Part shown: one piece after another, positions 40,351-50,815 of the stretch | Layout: every line of letters starts with the position of its first letter | How positions within the stretch are numbered: position 1 is the first letter of the stretch | DNA from: Deltaproteobacteria bacterium | GTDB taxonomy: Bacteria > SAR324 > NAC60-12 | DNA length: 64,000 nucleotides | NCBI GenBank assembly: GCA_038150265.1 | Contig: JAYOTF010000010.1 | Coordinates: 21,445-85,444, forward strand | Direction: 5' to 3' | Translations under genes and position numbers: made by a program | The notes under the pieces: generated by a model | What the model was told of the DNA's origin: nothing | The model's input: the letters and a program-made list of their open reading frames with translations, nothing else | Databases searched by the model: none

Positions 40351-42150
40351 TCAGTCGTTCCCCATGCCAACCGACTCCAGGACTTCGGCCGGCTGACTGG
40401 CAAGGTTTGGCGCCGGAGAGACCTGTTCCGGCTTGGGCAACACGTTGTGGAGGAGCAGCGTCCGCTGAGCAATCTCCCGGAAAGCGGGAGCGGCCGCCTT
40501 GCTGCCATAATGCTGAGACTTTTCAGGCTCTTCCACCACCACCAAAATGGTGGCCAGCGGAGACTGGGCGGGCACAAACCCAACGAAGGAGGCCCAGAAT
40601 CGGTCCTTGGAGTATTCCTTGAGCTTCGTGTCAAAAATCTGGCTGGTCCCCGTCTTGCCGGCCACGTCATAGCCCGGAATGGAGGCATTGGGGGCCGTTC
40701 CTCCCGGCTCTGTGACCAGCACCATGGCATCGGTAATCGCCTTGGCCACCGCCTTCGAGACCACCCGGTGGCGCTCTCCGGGACCAAAGTGGTAGGTCTC
40801 TTTCTTGTAGGTCAGGTCCTGCACTGACTCGCCCTCAAGGTTCCGGACGTGGGAAACGATGTGCGGCTGCACCCACTCGCCTTCATTCGCAATCGCATTG
40901 ACCGCCGTGGCAATCTGCAGGGCCGACGTGGTAATGCCCTGTCCAAAGGTGATGTTGGCGTGGTCCACTTCCGTCCAGGTATCCGGAGCGTTGAGCAGTC
41001 CGGGGGCTTCTCCGGGCAGTCCGGAGTTCGGACGCTGCCCCATGCCGAAGCTCCTCAGGTACTCATAGAGGCGCTGCTTGGGCAGGAGCATGCCAATCTT
41101 GGCGGCACAGATGTTGGAGGACTTTTGGAGGACTTCCGGAACCGTCAGGACGCCGTGCGGGGTGCTGTCGTTGATGATGCGATCGCCCACGCGGTACTTC
41201 CCGTTTTCGCAGAAAAACTGCTGGGCCGGGTTCACCACCCCTTCATTGAGCGCGGCAGCCAGGGTGACCACCTTGAGCGTCGAACCCGGGTCGTACCCGA
41301 GCGTTACCAGCGGGTTGAGGTGGAACCGGCGGTCGTACTCGGCGTAACGGTTTGGGTCAAAACCGGGATAGGTCGCCATGGCCCACACGGCGCCCGTCCT
41401 GGGCTCCAGCACCACGGCAGATCCGCGCTTGGCGCCTGTGGAAAGCACGCTCTTGCGCAACGCCTGCTCTGCAATGTGCTGAATGCGGCTGTCAAGGGTC
41501 AGCTGCAGGTCATACTCTTCAGGCTGCACAAGTTCTTGCATCGGCAGTGAACGCCGCTGGGCATCGGCCTCCACAACATACGTCACCTCTTCACCGGCCA
41601 ACAGCTTCTGGTACTTGGCCTCCAGGCCTTCCAGGCCCTGAATGTCAATGCCGGTGTACCCCAGCACGGCGCCGGCGAGGTTGCCGTTCGGATAAATCCG
41701 CCGGTATTCCTGCTGAAAGAACACGCCTTCAAGCTTGAGCGCAGCAACCTTCTGGGCCCGGTCCGGATTCATCTGCCGGTCCAGCCACACAAAGGAACGC
41801 GAGGAGCTGAGCTTCTTCTGCAACGTCCCGACAGACTCCCCCAGCACCGGAGCCAGGCGCCGAGCGGTTGCTGCAGGAGAGGAGATGGAAGACGGGTCGG
41901 CATAAAGCGAAGGAACCGGAACCGAGACCGCCAGGAAGCGGCCATTGCGGTCAAGGATCTTGCCCCGCCGCGGCTCCAGCTTGACGGTCCGTTGCTGACG
42001 GATCCGGGCCTGCTCCACAAAGTAGTCCCCACGCCACACCTGCAGGTAAAAGACCCGGCCCAAAATGGTGAGGAAGCCGAGGCTCAGCATGGCCATCAGG
42101 ACGAGGAGCCGCAGGTTGAAGCTGTAGACTTTGATGCGGAGCTTATTCAC
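40351..42150 (-). CDS. ftsI: Class B penicillin-binding protein, PBP3/FtsI
   Basis: RGKILDRNG, GLEGLE, PGSTLK (SxxK), SSN, KTGT; follows ftsL. Confidence 0.92.
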   Translation of the reverse strand: MNKLRIKVYSFNLRLLVLMAMLSLGFLTILGRVFYLQVWRGDYFVEQARIRQQRTVKLEPRRGKILDRNGRFLAVSVPVPSLYADPSSISSPAATARRLAPVLGESVGTLQKKLSSSRSFVWLDRQMNPDRAQKVAALKLEGVFFQQEYRRIYPNGNLAGAVLGYTGIDIQGLEGLEAKYQKLLAGEEVTYVVEADAQRRSLPMQELVQPEEYDLQLTLDSRIQHIAEQALRKSVLSTGAKRGSAVVLEPRTGAVWAMATYPGFDPNRYAEYDRRFHLNPLVTLGYDPGSTLKVVTLAAALNEGVVNPAQQFFCENGKYRVGDRIINDSTPHGVLTVPEVLQKSSNICAAKIGMLLPKQRLYEYLRSFGMGQRPNSGLPGEAPGLLNAPDTWTEVDHANITFGQGITTSALQIATAVNAIANEGEWVQPHIVSHVRNLEGESVQDLTYKKETYHFGPGERHRVVSKAVAKAITDAMVLVTEPGGTAPNASIPGYDVAGKTGTSQIFDTKLKEYSKDRFWASFVGFVPAQSPLATILVVVEEPEKSQHYGSKAAAPAFREIAQRTLLLHNVLPKPEQVSPAPNLASQPAEVLESVGMGND

Positions 42151-42506
42151 TGGGAGACGATTTCCTCAAGGTAAGCGAACTGGTCCAGTTTCGGTGGCGA
42201 GAGGTTCAGGTGCCTGGAGGCAATGCGATCGAGTCGTTGCGGCCGTGTCAGAAACTGCACCTCCACTTCCAGCAGGTCAATGTCTTCCCGGAGCTGGGCC
42301 CGCTGGCGTTCGAGGCTTTGCACTTCGTGGGCGATTTCGCGATAATTGGCCCACTGCCACAGGTACCCCACGCATCCGGCGGTAATGAGCACCGACATCA
42401 GGACCACAATCTGAACCGACTGGACGGCATTCCAGCAAAAACGCGGCACCAGCTTCCAGCGAAACTGATGATTGAGAACCTTGGGACGTTGCGAGAAGGC
42501 GTTCAT
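42147..42506 (-). CDS. ftsL: Cell division protein FtsL
   Basis: One TM segment, then coiled coil and RLDRIASRHLNL; overlaps the ftsI start. Confidence 0.8.
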   Translation of the reverse strand: MNAFSQRPKVLNHQFRWKLVPRFCWNAVQSVQIVVLMSVLITAGCVGYLWQWANYREIAHEVQSLERQRAQLREDIDLLEVEVQFLTRPQRLDRIASRHLNLSPPKLDQFAYLEEIVSQ

Positions 42507-43542
42507 GACTTCTGATCAAACCACAGCAAAGAAACAAAAAGCAGAGGAACTCCAGTGCCCTGCCGACCGGTCTTCAACTCTTGCACAATCCGTCCCAAAC
42601 TCAAGTGACGGGCTTGGGTTTCCGCCCCCCTTCCTCGTGGTCCTGGGCGGTCCTACGGCCAGTGGCAAGACGGAGCTGTCGCTGTGGCTGGCCGAGCAGC
42701 TCAACGGCGAGATCCTCTGTACCGACTCCATGCAGGTCTACCGTCGGCTCAACATTGGCACCGCCAAGCCCACTCCGGACGAGCAGGCTCAGGTGCCTCA
42801 TCACCTTCTGGATCAGGTGGATCCGGATGAGTCCTACTCCGCTGGACGCTACGAGCGGGACGCCCAGATCGTGCTGCAGGACCTCACTCGCCGGGGCAAG
42901 ACCCCGATTCTGGTCGGAGGAACCGGGCTTTACTACCGGGCCCTCATGCACGGCCTGAGCGACATGCCGCAGATTCCGGCAGAAGTCCGGGAACAGGTTC
43001 AGGCCTGGCAGGCTGCCGAAGGCACCGTCGGCTGCTGGAACCGCCTGGCCACACGGGATCCACAAAGCGCCGAGGCTCTGCACCCTCATGACACCGCCCG
43101 CGTTCTCCGAGCCCTCGAGGTGGTGCTCGCCTCCGGACGGTCCATCTGCGACTTCCGGCAGGCTCAGCCCTTTGCTCCTGCGCGATTCCCCTGCTGGGTC
43201 GGGGGCACCGACTTCTCGCGAGACGTGCTTTACGCACGCATCAACCAGCGGGTCCAGCAGATGCTCGAGGCCGGCTGGGTGGAGGAAGTCCAGGCCCTGC
43301 TTCAGGACTACCCGCCTGACCTCCCGGCCTTCCGGGCCATCGGTTATGCGGAAATCACCGCCTACCTGAACCAGGACCTGAGTTGGGACGCCCTGGTGTC
43401 TCGGATTCAGCAGCGGACCCGTCAGTACGCCAAACGGCAACTCACCTGGTTTCGGCGCGACCCGCAGTTTCAGTGGCACGCCCCCGGAGACCGAGACCGC
43501 CTGCTTGCGTCTCTGCTCAAGGCCCGGGACGCCGCCCGTTAG
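42505..43542 (+). CDS. miaA: tRNA dimethylallyltransferase (start uncertain: ATG 42505 or GTG 42637)
   Basis: GPTASGKT, DSMQVY, IGTAKP, VGGTGLY, RQYAKRQLTWFR. Confidence 0.93.
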   Translation: MTSDQTTAKKQKAEELQCPADRSSTLAQSVPNSSDGLGFPPPFLVVLGGPTASGKTELSLWLAEQLNGEILCTDSMQVYRRLNIGTAKPTPDEQAQVPHHLLDQVDPDESYSAGRYERDAQIVLQDLTRRGKTPILVGGTGLYYRALMHGLSDMPQIPAEVREQVQAWQAAEGTVGCWNRLATRDPQSAEALHPHDTARVLRALEVVLASGRSICDFRQAQPFAPARFPCWVGGTDFSRDVLYARINQRVQQMLEAGWVEEVQALLQDYPPDLPAFRAIGYAEITAYLNQDLSWDALVSRIQQRTRQYAKRQLTWFRRDPQFQWHAPGDRDRLLASLLKARDAAR

Positions 43543-44375
43543 CGCTCCACTTCCTTGGCCGGCACCGGAGGGTCAACCTGCACCACTTCCCAGTGCAGCT
43601 CAGGCGCCTCCTGCAGCCGGAGCTGGGTCGTGACCACCACGCCAGAATCCTCCTCTTCCGGGTTTCCAATCCGGACTCGCACATAAGACACCCCTCCTTC
43701 TTCCACCCGCAGGTCCAGTTGCAGCTCCGGATCCAGCAGCTTCGGGTGCTCGCTCAAGGCTGCAGCCAGTTCCGGACGGGTGCGGAGTTCCTGCTCAACG
43801 GTCTGCAGGGCGGCAGTCTTGCGGGTGCTCGACTCGTTGAGGTGAAACCACGAAAGCGCAAAGAAGGCAAAGAGGATGATGTTGGCGAGCAGTAACCGCC
43901 GGAGCACATGCAGCGGATCCGGAACCTCGACCACCACGGTTTCTGCCCAGCGGTCTCCCAGCCGCTGCCCATACCCACGTTTCTTGTAAATGTCCCAAAG
44001 CAGCCACACGCCTTCCAGCGGAGCCACCAGCAGCGTCAGGTTCCGGTAAAACGCAGAGAGGACATTCGCCGGTTTGGTCAAGGCCTGGGTCTCTCGTACC
44101 GCCAGCCCAAAGAGGAACTTCCCCAAGCCGCGGCCCTTCCAGAGGTCGCGGATGAACAGCAGCAGCAGCAAGGGGCCATAAAGCGCCAGGGCCTCCTGCA
44201 TCGGGGTGCCCACCGGGCGCAGGTCCCAGTGTTCCGGACGCAGCGCCTGCTCCAGAGTCCGGAGCAGCAGCAGAAAAAAGAAGATGTCCACAATCAGCGC
44301 CAGGAGGCGCTTTCCGGGGTCAGCGACACGAAGTCGAGGTGGCGGAGCCGAAGTGGGGTCAGACGGTGCAGGCAT
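43539..44375 (-). CDS. RDD-family membrane protein
   Basis: KRLLALIVD, GKFLFGL, RN, QRLGDRWAETVVV. Confidence 0.8.
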   Translation of the reverse strand: MPAPSDPTSAPPPRLRVADPGKRLLALIVDIFFFLLLLRTLEQALRPEHWDLRPVGTPMQEALALYGPLLLLLFIRDLWKGRGLGKFLFGLAVRETQALTKPANVLSAFYRNLTLLVAPLEGVWLLWDIYKKRGYGQRLGDRWAETVVVEVPDPLHVLRRLLLANIILFAFFALSWFHLNESSTRKTAALQTVEQELRTRPELAAALSEHPKLLDPELQLDLRVEEGGVSYVRVRIGNPEEEDSGVVVTTQLRLQEAPELHWEVVQVDPPVPAKEVER

Positions 44376-44376
44376 G

Positions 44377-45249
44377 TCAGAGGTGTTGATTCAGAAAAGC
44401 AGCCAGGGTGGCAGCAACCGGTTCCGGATCATCCAGATGCAGGTGGTGCTGCCCCGGCAAGACCACGTACTCAATGTTCCGGACCAGCTGCGAACGGTCG
44501 CGGATGAGGTCACGCCAGTACTCAAGGGTGGTCTGGGCGGCTTCAAGGGCAAGCACCGGACACTCGATGGCCTTCACAAACGCCCGGACCTGTTCCTCGC
44601 TGAAGTAATGCCGAGACTTCACCCGCAGAGCAGAATCGGCTCGCCAGGTGTAGCCCTCCTGACAGCGCTGCACGCCTCGCGACACAAGGGAACGCACCGC
44701 CTGTTCCGAGATGCCGCCCACGCCCAAACGCGCCTGCACGGCCTCTTCCAGGGTGGCATAGACGGGTTTTTGCTTCTCGCCCAGCCTGGCTTCCTGACGG
44801 ATGGAGGTCTTCAGGGTGGTGCAGGCATCCTCCTGCTTTGCGGAGATCGGCCCCAGGCCGTCAATGAGCAAGGCGTGGGTGATGCGTTCTGGAGCCACCG
44901 CCGCAATCAGGGTGGCGAGCGCCGCTCCCATGGAGTGCCCAAGGAGCATGAACCGCTCCCAGCCCAGCTGATCGGCAACCTGAAGCATTTCCGGAACCAT
45001 GTCCACAAAGTGATACGGAATGCCGGGAGGTCGGTGGTCGGAGTAGCCGTGTCCGGGAAGATCAAGCGCTACCACCCGAAGGCGAGGAAGCTCCGGACGG
45101 GCCAGCAGGGCAGGCAGGACGCGCTCGAAGGTGGCCGCGTTGTCGAGCCACCCGTGAAAGGCCAGCACGGGAAAGCCGTCAGCCGGGCCCCAGGCTTGAG
45201 CCGCCAGAGTCAGGTGAGGCAGGGGGATATTGATTTCTTCAGGCGTCAT
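44377..45249 (-). CDS. Alpha/beta hydrolase
   Basis: HGWLDNA, DLPGHG, GHSMG, HHLH. Confidence 0.9.
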   Translation of the reverse strand: MTPEEINIPLPHLTLAAQAWGPADGFPVLAFHGWLDNAATFERVLPALLARPELPRLRVVALDLPGHGYSDHRPPGIPYHFVDMVPEMLQVADQLGWERFMLLGHSMGAALATLIAAVAPERITHALLIDGLGPISAKQEDACTTLKTSIRQEARLGEKQKPVYATLEEAVQARLGVGGISEQAVRSLVSRGVQRCQEGYTWRADSALRVKSRHYFSEEQVRAFVKAIECPVLALEAAQTTLEYWRDLIRDRSQLVRNIEYVVLPGQHHLHLDDPEPVAATLAAFLNQHL

Positions 45250-46027
45250 GTTCGGTCCGCTGCAGAAAGGCCTGAACGGTCTCCCGAAAGGCGTCGGGCT
45301 GCTCCGCATGAAGCCAGTGCCCGGCGTCCTTGAGGAGGACCATGCGGTTCTGCGTGAAGCGTTCGTGGATGGCCGCGTGGTACTCCGGCAGGAGGTAGTG
45401 GGAACGCGCGCCCCCAATGAAGAGCGTGGGGCGCGGGTAGCTTCCGGAAAACGGAAACTCCAGGATGTCCTTCAGTCCAGCATGCAGGGCCTCCAGGTTC
45501 AGGCGCCAGCGCCAGGTGCTTCCCTCCGGTACCAGGTTCTTGAGCAGGAAGGCCCGGATCGTCCACTCCGGAACCGCCTCAGCCAGCAAGCGGTCGGCGT
45601 CGCTGCGGGTGAGTCCTTCGCTCACCGGCAGGGCCTGCATTGCCTCAATCAGCTTCCGATGTTCAGACTGGTGCCGGTAGGGAACCGGTGCAATGTCGGC
45701 AACCACCAAGCGACGCACGCGGTCCGGATGCGTCAGCGCCAGGGCCATTGCGGTTTTACCGCCCATGCTGTGTCCCAGCACAGTGGGACGTTCCAGCGCC
45801 TGGGCATCCAGCCAGGCCCGGACGTCTTCGGCCAACTCGGCGTAGCTCATGCCAGAGGCATGTGGCGAGTTTCCGTGGTTCCGGAGGTCCAGAAGCCACA
45901 GCTGGTAGTGATCTGCGAGGCTCTTGGCAAAGGTGCGCCAGTTCTCTCCGGCACCAAACAAACCATGCAGGATCACCAGCGGTGGCCCAGCGCCCAGGGT
46001 TTGGTGGTGCAGCACAACGGTCTTCAT
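45239..46027 (-). CDS. Alpha/beta hydrolase, YbfF-like esterase
   Basis: HGLFG, DLRNHG.SPH, GHSMGGK, DIAP, AGHWLHAE. Confidence 0.9.
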   Translation of the reverse strand: MKTVVLHHQTLGAGPPLVILHGLFGAGENWRTFAKSLADHYQLWLLDLRNHGNSPHASGMSYAELAEDVRAWLDAQALERPTVLGHSMGGKTAMALALTHPDRVRRLVVADIAPVPYRHQSEHRKLIEAMQALPVSEGLTRSDADRLLAEAVPEWTIRAFLLKNLVPEGSTWRWRLNLEALHAGLKDILEFPFSGSYPRPTLFIGGARSHYLLPEYHAAIHERFTQNRMVLLKDAGHWLHAEQPDAFRETVQAFLQRTEHDA

Positions 46028-46512
46028 CGGGAGGACTCCGGGGTCCACTTTCCATCCAGGAAGTCGAGCAGGCCGGAGGTGCCGTCTTCAATCAGGTCCA
46101 GAACGTGTTCAAAGCCAGCGGCGCCACCGTAGTACGGATCCGGGACCACCGGGTCGGAGTGGTTGCGGCAGAAGTCGGTCATCATCCGCACCTTGCCATG
46201 ATCCCGTCCGGATGGATCCAGGGAGAGGATGTCTCGGTAGTTCTGGTCGTCCATGGCCAGGATCCAGTCGAACGTCTGCAGGTCTTCAGGTTGCAGCTGG
46301 CGGGCGCGGCTGGTGAGGTCGTATCCTCGCTTGGCCGCATGCTCGCGCATCCGTGGATCAGCGCGTTCGCCAGCATGCCAGCCCCCGGTGCCGGCCGAGT
46401 CGCACAGGAACTCGCTGGACCGTCCCTCGCGGCTCACCAGGGCCTGCATCAGGCCTTCTGCCGTGGGAGAGCGGCAGATGTTCCCCAGGCAAACAAACAG
46501 TAATTTCGTCAT
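46024..46512 (-). CDS. Low molecular weight protein-tyrosine phosphatase
   Basis: FVCLGNICRS, DSAGT, VPDPYYG. Confidence 0.95.
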   Translation of the reverse strand: MTKLLFVCLGNICRSPTAEGLMQALVSREGRSSEFLCDSAGTGGWHAGERADPRMREHAAKRGYDLTSRARQLQPEDLQTFDWILAMDDQNYRDILSLDPSGRDHGKVRMMTDFCRNHSDPVVPDPYYGGAAGFEHVLDLIEDGTSGLLDFLDGKWTPESSR

Positions 46513-46623
46513 GGGTCTCTTCTTCTTGAAGCCCGATTCCGGACACGGGTGGTCAAACGATCGCACCAAATTTAAACCGTACCGCTCAAACACGCAAAAC
46601 AGAATGTGCCGGAGTTCCCGAAC

Positions 46624-47217
46624 TCATTCAAAGGTGTCATGGGTGCCCTGGTAGATCTGCCAGAAACGGGGGAGGTAGGTCACGAGGATGTACAGCTCAA
46701 TGGCGCCTGAAATGAAGTAAAGGGGCAGGAGCACCGCTGCGTAGGGCAGGTCGTCCCAACCCCGGAAGTCGGTGTACAGCTGCAGAAACAGAAGCGTCAG
46801 CAGGAGGAAGTTCAGGGCCGTGCCCCACTTCGGAATGCGTTTGGGCGCCACCTTGAAGTAAATCCGCTTCCAGCCAAGGAGGATGGGAATGGACGCCAGC
46901 TGGGCCACGTCTCGGATGACCAGCAGGAGGAAGTACACGGGCAGCACGCGGTCCAGAAAGTAAAGGTAGCCAAACAGGCTCAGCGCCACCAATTTGTCTG
47001 CCACCGGGTCCAGAATGGCTCCGGAAAACGTCACCTGCCCGGTTGCACGAGCCAGCCGCCCGTCAAGGAAGTCGGACAAAAAAATCCAGCTGGCCAGAAC
47101 AAACGCTTCCGGAAAGGCTTCCTGCTCCAGCAAAACAAGCAACCCCGGCAGGAGCAGCACCCGGGAGAGCGTCAGGATGTTGGGGAGGTTGAGGGTTGGA
47201 AGCAACGCGAGGTTCAT
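46624..47217 (-). CDS. CDP-alcohol phosphatidyltransferase (PgsA-like)
   Basis: NLPNILTLSR, SDFLDGRLAR...GAILDPVADK. Confidence 0.88.
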   Translation of the reverse strand: MNLALLPTLNLPNILTLSRVLLLPGLLVLLEQEAFPEAFVLASWIFLSDFLDGRLARATGQVTFSGAILDPVADKLVALSLFGYLYFLDRVLPVYFLLLVIRDVAQLASIPILLGWKRIYFKVAPKRIPKWGTALNFLLLTLLFLQLYTDFRGWDDLPYAAVLLPLYFISGAIELYILVTYLPRFWQIYQGTHDTFE

Positions 47218-47406
47218 GGGAGCCTTTGCCAAATGGAGCGGGTAAGCACGACGCTCGGCACAAGAGATTTCCCTCGGCAGGCGACAGTTTGTATCCGTTA
47301 AATTACCAAGGGGCAGCACAAGCTTCTAACTTGTTTCTGCATCCCCGGCACCGTTATCATGGCATTGTTTTTTTCTTATGCCTCCCTACGATTTTGAGTT
47401 TTCCCC

Positions 47407-48297
47407 ATGCGTAAGAATCTGGTGCTCCTTTTCCTGTTGCTGGGAACCCTTCTTGGCAGCGGGAGCTTCCTTCAGGCTCAGACGGCAGAAGAGTTTGGGA
47501 CCATCCTCAACCTCTCGGGTCGGCAGCGCATGCTGTCTCAGAAGATGAGCAAGGAGTTGCTTCAGGTCGCTCTGAACCTCAACACCCCTTCCAGCCTGAA
47601 GGCGTTGGAAGGCACTGCCCAGCAGTTTGACCAAATTCTGAAGGGACTGAAAGCAGGAAGTGAAGAGCTGGGGCTGCCTGCTTCCCGGGACTTTGTCATC
47701 CTGTTCCAGATCAACATTGTCGAAACCCTCTGGGGCCGCTACCAGACGCTGATCCGGCGAGTCCAGACCACCCAAAAGGTGACCGAAGCGGACATCAATG
47801 AAATTGCCACCACCAGCCTGCGCCTGCTCAAGGAGTCGAACCAGCTCGTCACCCTCTTTGAGCTTGCGGCCAAGAACTCCGGACTGCGGACGGACCCCGT
47901 GCTTGCCGGCATCATCAACATCGCCGGCCGGCAACGCATGCTGTCTCAGAAGATGAGCAAGGAGCTGTTGCTCATCCACCATGGGGTTCAGGTGGAGGCC
48001 AACAAGCTGAACCTGCTGGCAACCGTGACGCTGTTTGACCGGACCCTGAAGGGGCTCATCAACGGTGACAAGATCCTGGGACTTCCTGCCACACAAGACC
48101 CTGCCATTCGAGAGCGCCTCCTTGCCGTCCAGACCATCTGGGGACGCCTCTTTCCAGTGGTCGATGCGGCCTCGCGTACTTCCACACAGTCCATTCCGGA
48201 AGCGGACCTCCAGGTCCTCCTGAAAGAAAACATTCCGTTGCTCAAAACCATGAACGAAGCAGTCGGCCTCTTTGCGCGCCTGGCTGCAAGTTCCTGA
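47407..48297 (+). CDS. Secreted protein with two tandem PilJ/NarX-like sensor domains
   Basis: Signal peptide; duplicated NLSGRQRMLSQKMSKE and NIAGRQRMLSQKMSKE; no second TM segment or output domain. Confidence 0.8.
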   Translation: MRKNLVLLFLLLGTLLGSGSFLQAQTAEEFGTILNLSGRQRMLSQKMSKELLQVALNLNTPSSLKALEGTAQQFDQILKGLKAGSEELGLPASRDFVILFQINIVETLWGRYQTLIRRVQTTQKVTEADINEIATTSLRLLKESNQLVTLFELAAKNSGLRTDPVLAGIINIAGRQRMLSQKMSKELLLIHHGVQVEANKLNLLATVTLFDRTLKGLINGDKILGLPATQDPAIRERLLAVQTIWGRLFPVVDAASRTSTQSIPEADLQVLLKENIPLLKTMNEAVGLFARLAASS

Positions 48298-48312
48298 TTG
48301 TCTGCTCGACCA

Positions 48313-49992
48313 ATGACGCTCAAGACCAAGTTACTGACTGCCGGGACCGGAGTCGCTGCGCTGATGCTGATGGGCCTGGTGCTCTTCAGTTACTTGTTTT
48401 CCAACCTTGCGGACGGATTCGAAAAAATTGTCGAACAGTCCCAGCTGACTGAAGAGTCGGCCATGCGGACCATGCAGATTGCCGGGAGGAGCAACGAGGG
48501 CACGGCGCAGTTCCAGGAGGAGATGCGTGTGCTGGTGGAAAAGTTCCAGCGGGCGGAGCAGTACATTCAGATCGTGGAGCAGCAGAACCTGGCCCAGGCC
48601 GACGAGATTCAAAAGCTCTCCCGACGGCTCACGGCTCTGAGTGACCGAGCCTCCGGAAACCTGGGAACGGAGCTGCAGAACATTGGGGTGCAGGCGCAGC
48701 AGATCGAAAACACCTCCCGCCGGGAAGCGCTGGTCTTCCTGGAAGCCGCGACCGAGAACATCCATGAAAGCGCCCGTCTGGCCGAACAGGGGCAGACGCA
48801 CCTGCAGACCATTGTGCAAGAAGTCAGCGAGGTCAAGCAGCTCAGCGAGCAATCGGACACCACCAGCCACGCCATTAACCTTGCGGCGCTCGACTTCCAG
48901 GCCAGCCTCGAGTCTTACCTGTGGCTCATGATCATCCTGGTCGGTGGTGCAGCGCTCTTCCTGATCGTCGCCGTCTGGTGGTTCTCGGAAAACATTTCTC
49001 GCACCATCCGGGACGTGACCCAGCGGCTGATGGAGTTGGCCGAGCAGACCAATTCCGAGTCCGGAAGCGTCTCTTCGTTCAGCCAGTCCCTTGCCGAAGA
49101 CTCGAGCCACCAGGCCGCCAGCCTGGAAGAAACCTCCTCGGCGATGGAGGAGGTGGACGGGCAGATCAAGTCCAACCGGGATAACGCCAAGCAGGCGCTG
49201 AAGGAGGTCAACGCCATGGTGACCGCGGTGCAGCACACCGCAGAGAACGCCCGAGTGACGGCGGAAATGTCGCAATCGGCTCGCCGACTTGTGGAGTCTG
49301 GCGCCAATGAAATGCAGGTGATGGCGCACTCCATGAACGCCCTCAAGGAAAGCAGCGAAGAGATTGCCAGCATCATTGAGGTCATCAACGACATCACTCA
49401 CCAGACCAAGATGCTCTCCACCAACGCGGCCATTGAGGCGGCTCGTGCCGGTGAACACGGGAAGGGATTTGCCGTGGTCGCTGACGAAGTCTCCAAGCTG
49501 GCTGAAAACTCCCGGCAGGCTGCCCGCGAGATTGCCGAGCTGATCCGTGCCAGCACCGAGCGGACGGAGGTCAGCAATCAAAAAGCGCTTGAAGGCGAAC
49601 AGACGTTGCGGAAGATCCTCGAAGAGTTCCGGAAGCTCGATGAGCTGGTCAACGACATCAGCCACGCCTCAATTGGCCAAAAGGGACAGATCGAGGCCCT
49701 GCAGTCCCTGGTCTCCGGAATCGACTCGGCCTCCGAGCAGCAGGCCAAGGGGGTGGATGAAGTCACCCGCGCCGTGGTCCTCATGAGCCGCCTGACTCAG
49801 AGCACGGCTGCCAGTGCCGAAGAGTCGTTCGGCTCCTCCCGGGGCCTCATGAACATTGCAGACACCCTCCAGCAGCAGGTCAGCCGCCTGGCGCAGATGG
49901 TCGGCCTCCGAGCAAAGGGATCCCGAGACACCCTGCTTCTGTCGAACAACTCCTCGCCTCAGAAGTCCTTGAACACGGAACTCTGGCAGTAG
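48313..49992 (+). CDS. Methyl-accepting chemotaxis protein
   Basis: Two TM segments; [30 protein letters not shown]. Confidence 0.95.
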   Translation: MTLKTKLLTAGTGVAALMLMGLVLFSYLFSNLADGFEKIVEQSQLTEESAMRTMQIAGRSNEGTAQFQEEMRVLVEKFQRAEQYIQIVEQQNLAQADEIQKLSRRLTALSDRASGNLGTELQNIGVQAQQIENTSRREALVFLEAATENIHESARLAEQGQTHLQTIVQEVSEVKQLSEQSDTTSHAINLAALDFQASLESYLWLMIILVGGAALFLIVAVWWFSENISRTIRDVTQRLMELAEQTNSESGSVSSFSQSLAEDSSHQAASLEETSSAMEEVDGQIKSNRDNAKQALKEVNAMVTAVQHTAENARVTAEMSQSARRLVESGANEMQVMAHSMNALKESSEEIASIIEVINDITHQTKMLSTNAAIEAARAGEHGKGFAVVADEVSKLAENSRQAAREIAELIRASTERTEVSNQKALEGEQTLRKILEEFRKLDELVNDISHASIGQKGQIEALQSLVSGIDSASEQQAKGVDEVTRAVVLMSRLTQSTAASAEESFGSSRGLMNIADTLQQQVSRLAQMVGLRAKGSRDTLLLSNNSSPQKSLNTELWQ

Positions 49993-50149
49993 GAGCCGTC
50001 TTCACAGGACCCTCGCAATGAAGGGCAGCGTGTTTCAGGTGAGGGCCCTGGCCGTCTTCAGGGGTGTTCATCGGAGGCGTTCCTGATAGGGTATTGAGGT
50101 GAGTCTTTTTGGAGACCCCTTCCCCTCATCCCCGATCAGGACGTTTAAG

Positions 50150-50815
50150 ATGATTACCCTTTACACCGCTCCCACTCCCAACGGCCACAAGGTGTCCATC
50201 GCCTTGGAAGAGTTGGGCCTGCCCTATGACATGGTCGTCTTCGACCTCATGTCCCTGGACCAAAAGAAACCGGAATTCCTGGCCCTGAATCCCAACGGTC
50301 GCATTCCGACCATTGTGGATCACGACAACGAGGACTTTGTTGTCATTGAGTCCGGAGCCATCTTGATTTACCTTGCTGAGAAAACGGGGAAGCTCCTTCC
50401 GCAGAACCCGAAGCAGCGCTCCGAGGCCTTGCAGTGGCTCATGTTTCAGATGGGAGGCGTGGGGCCCATGCAGGGGCAGGCACACGTGTTCTACCGGTAT
50501 GCGCCCGAGAAGATTCCGTATGCCATTGAGCGCTACCAGAAGGAAACCCGGCGGCTCTATGAGGTGCTGAACACCCGGTTGGAAGGACGCGAGTACCTGG
50601 CTGACGAGTACTCCATTGCCGACATTGCCACCTGGCCGTGGGTCCGAATTCACGAGTGGGCTGGCCTGGAGACGGCAGACCTTCCGCACCTCTCACGCTG
50701 GATGGAAGCGATGGCCGCTCGTCCGGCGTGTCAAACGGGCATCCTCAAGCCCCAGCGTGAAGACGAGCGCCCGCAAAGGAACGTCGCTGAATTTGCGAAA
50801 AAGGTCCTCGTTTAA
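50150..50815 (+). CDS. Glutathione S-transferase, Nu class (YfcG-like)
   Basis: [34 protein letters not shown]. Confidence 0.9.
   Translation: MITLYTAPTPNGHKVSIALEELGLPYDMVVFDLMSLDQKKPEFLALNPNGRIPTIVDHDNEDFVVIESGAILIYLAEKTGKLLPQNPKQRSEALQWLMFQMGGVGPMQGQAHVFYRYAPEKIPYAIERYQKETRRLYEVLNTRLEGREYLADEYSIADIATWPWVRIHEWAGLETADLPHLSRWMEAMAARPACQTGILKPQREDERPQRNVAEFAKKVLV

Noticed and set aside
47521..47964. 36-bp direct repeat as a recombination or attachment site
   Set aside because: Explained by the in-frame duplication of the sensor motif.
50150..50815. GST as the maleylacetoacetate isomerase of the FAH cluster
   Set aside because: It has the Nu-class TPNG motif rather than the zeta-class SS[CA] motif and is transcribed convergently.
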